A stretch of DNA of 20,000 nucleotides, from the sequence record DRR378314_1864; one strand, written 5' to 3'. Both the position numbers and the translations under genes were made by a program. The notes below the pieces were generated by a model. That model saw only the letters and a program-made list of their open reading frames with translations. It had not been told where the DNA came from and did no database searches. Below, piece after piece: positions 18,999 to 20,000 of the stretch. Numbering within the stretch: the first letter of the stretch is position 1; each line of letters starts with the position of its first letter.

Positions 18999-19532
18999 AT
19001 GTCACGTGTTGCTAAAGCACCCATTGAAATTCCTGCTGGCGTTGAAGTTACGCTAAATGGCCAGGAAGTCACGATTAAAGGTGCCCAAGGCTCACTGAGT
19101 CGTGTTGTAAACGATGCAGTTGAACTGGTAAAAGATGAGAGTGAGTTACGTACTAACGCCCGTGAAGGTGTTGCTAACTCAACAGCTCAAGCTGGTACGG
19201 CTCGTGCATTGTTGCAAAACATGGTGGTCGGAGTCACTAAAGGATTCGAACGTAAGTTACAGTTGATAGGTGTTGGTTACCGTGCGCAAGCACAAGGTAA
19301 AAAACTAAACCTGACGCTAGGCTTTTCGCATCCTGTGGAGTTCGAGATTCCTGAAGGGATCACAATCGATACTCCGACTCAGACTGAAGTCGTCGTTAAA
19401 GGTGCAGATAAGCAGTTAGTTGGTCAAGTTGCCGCTAACATTCGTGCATACCGTAAACCCGAGCCTTACAAAGGCAAAGGTGTCCGTTATGCTGACGAGC
19501 AAGTGCGCCGTAAAGAAGCCAAGAAAAAGTAG
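18999..19532 (+). CDS. rplF: 50S ribosomal protein L6
   Basis: 'MSRVAKAPI', '[13 protein letters not shown]'. Confidence 0.99.
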   Translation: MSRVAKAPIEIPAGVEVTLNGQEVTIKGAQGSLSRVVNDAVELVKDESELRTNAREGVANSTAQAGTARALLQNMVVGVTKGFERKLQLIGVGYRAQAQGKKLNLTLGFSHPVEFEIPEGITIDTPTQTEVVVKGADKQLVGQVAANIRAYRKPEPYKGKGVRYADEQVRRKEAKKK

Positions 19533-19541
19533 GGTAATACG

Positions 19542-19895
19542 ATGGACAATAAAGCAGCTCGCTTACGTCGTGCTACTCGCGCACGTAAACAAATTAAAGA
19601 GTTGGGTGCAAATCGCCTGGTCGTTCACCGTACACCACGGCATATTTACGCGCAGTTGATCGCACCTAACGGTTCTGAAGTGCTGGCAGCCGCATCGACT
19701 GCAGAGAAAAGTGTCCGCGAAGGGCTTAAATCTACAGGTAATGTAGACGCAGCCAAAGTCGTGGGCAAAACTATCGCTGAACGAGCGATTGAAAAAGGCG
19801 TTAAAAACGTGTCTTTCGATCGTAGTGGTTTTAAATACCACGGTCGCGTAGCCGCATTAGCGGACGCAGCTCGTGAAGCCGGACTTCAGTTCTAG
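19542..19895 (+). CDS. rplR: 50S ribosomal protein L18
   Basis: '[14 protein letters not shown]', '[26 protein letters not shown]'. Confidence 0.99.
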   Translation: MDNKAARLRRATRARKQIKELGANRLVVHRTPRHIYAQLIAPNGSEVLAAASTAEKSVREGLKSTGNVDAAKVVGKTIAERAIEKGVKNVSFDRSGFKYHGRVAALADAAREAGLQF

Positions 19896-19904
19896 GAGAC
19901 GAAC

Positions 19905-20000
19905 ATGGCAAATGTAGAAGCTCAAACCGGTGAACTGATAGAGAAGTTGATCACAGTAAATCGTGTAGCAAAAGTAGTTAAAGGTGGTCGTATCTTTAGC
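19905..20000 (+). CDS. rpsE: 30S ribosomal protein S5 (partial, runs off window)
   Basis: Manual translation [40 protein letters not shown]; follows rplR. Confidence 0.97.
   Translation, partial: MANVEAQTGELIEKLITVNRVAKVVKGGRIFS

Noticed and set aside
17067-19841. Shadow ORFs over the spc operon
   Set aside because: Same codon-bias artefact as in the S10 operon.

Overview
Gammaproteobacterial chromosomal window; the gene content suggests a marine Alteromonadales/Idiomarina-like organism (inference only). From left to right: a partial M1-family aminopeptidase and zur on the minus strand; dusA; a candidate sigma54/enhancer-dependent unit at the position occupied by pspG in E. coli, encoding an 85-aa secreted protein and an unannotated 36-aa membrane peptide; a lipoprotein M19 dipeptidase; the complete S10 ribosomal operon (rpsJ-rpsQ) with a consensus promoter, L4-type leader and terminator; a ~7.5 kb block splitting the normally adjacent S10 and spc operons, made of an uncharacterised coiled-coil/beta-barrel outer-membrane protein and a convergent group-2 Mrp (Pha) cation/H+ antiporter operon; and the start of the spc operon (rplN to partial rpsE). 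No rRNA, tRNA, CRISPR array, transposase or integrase was seen.
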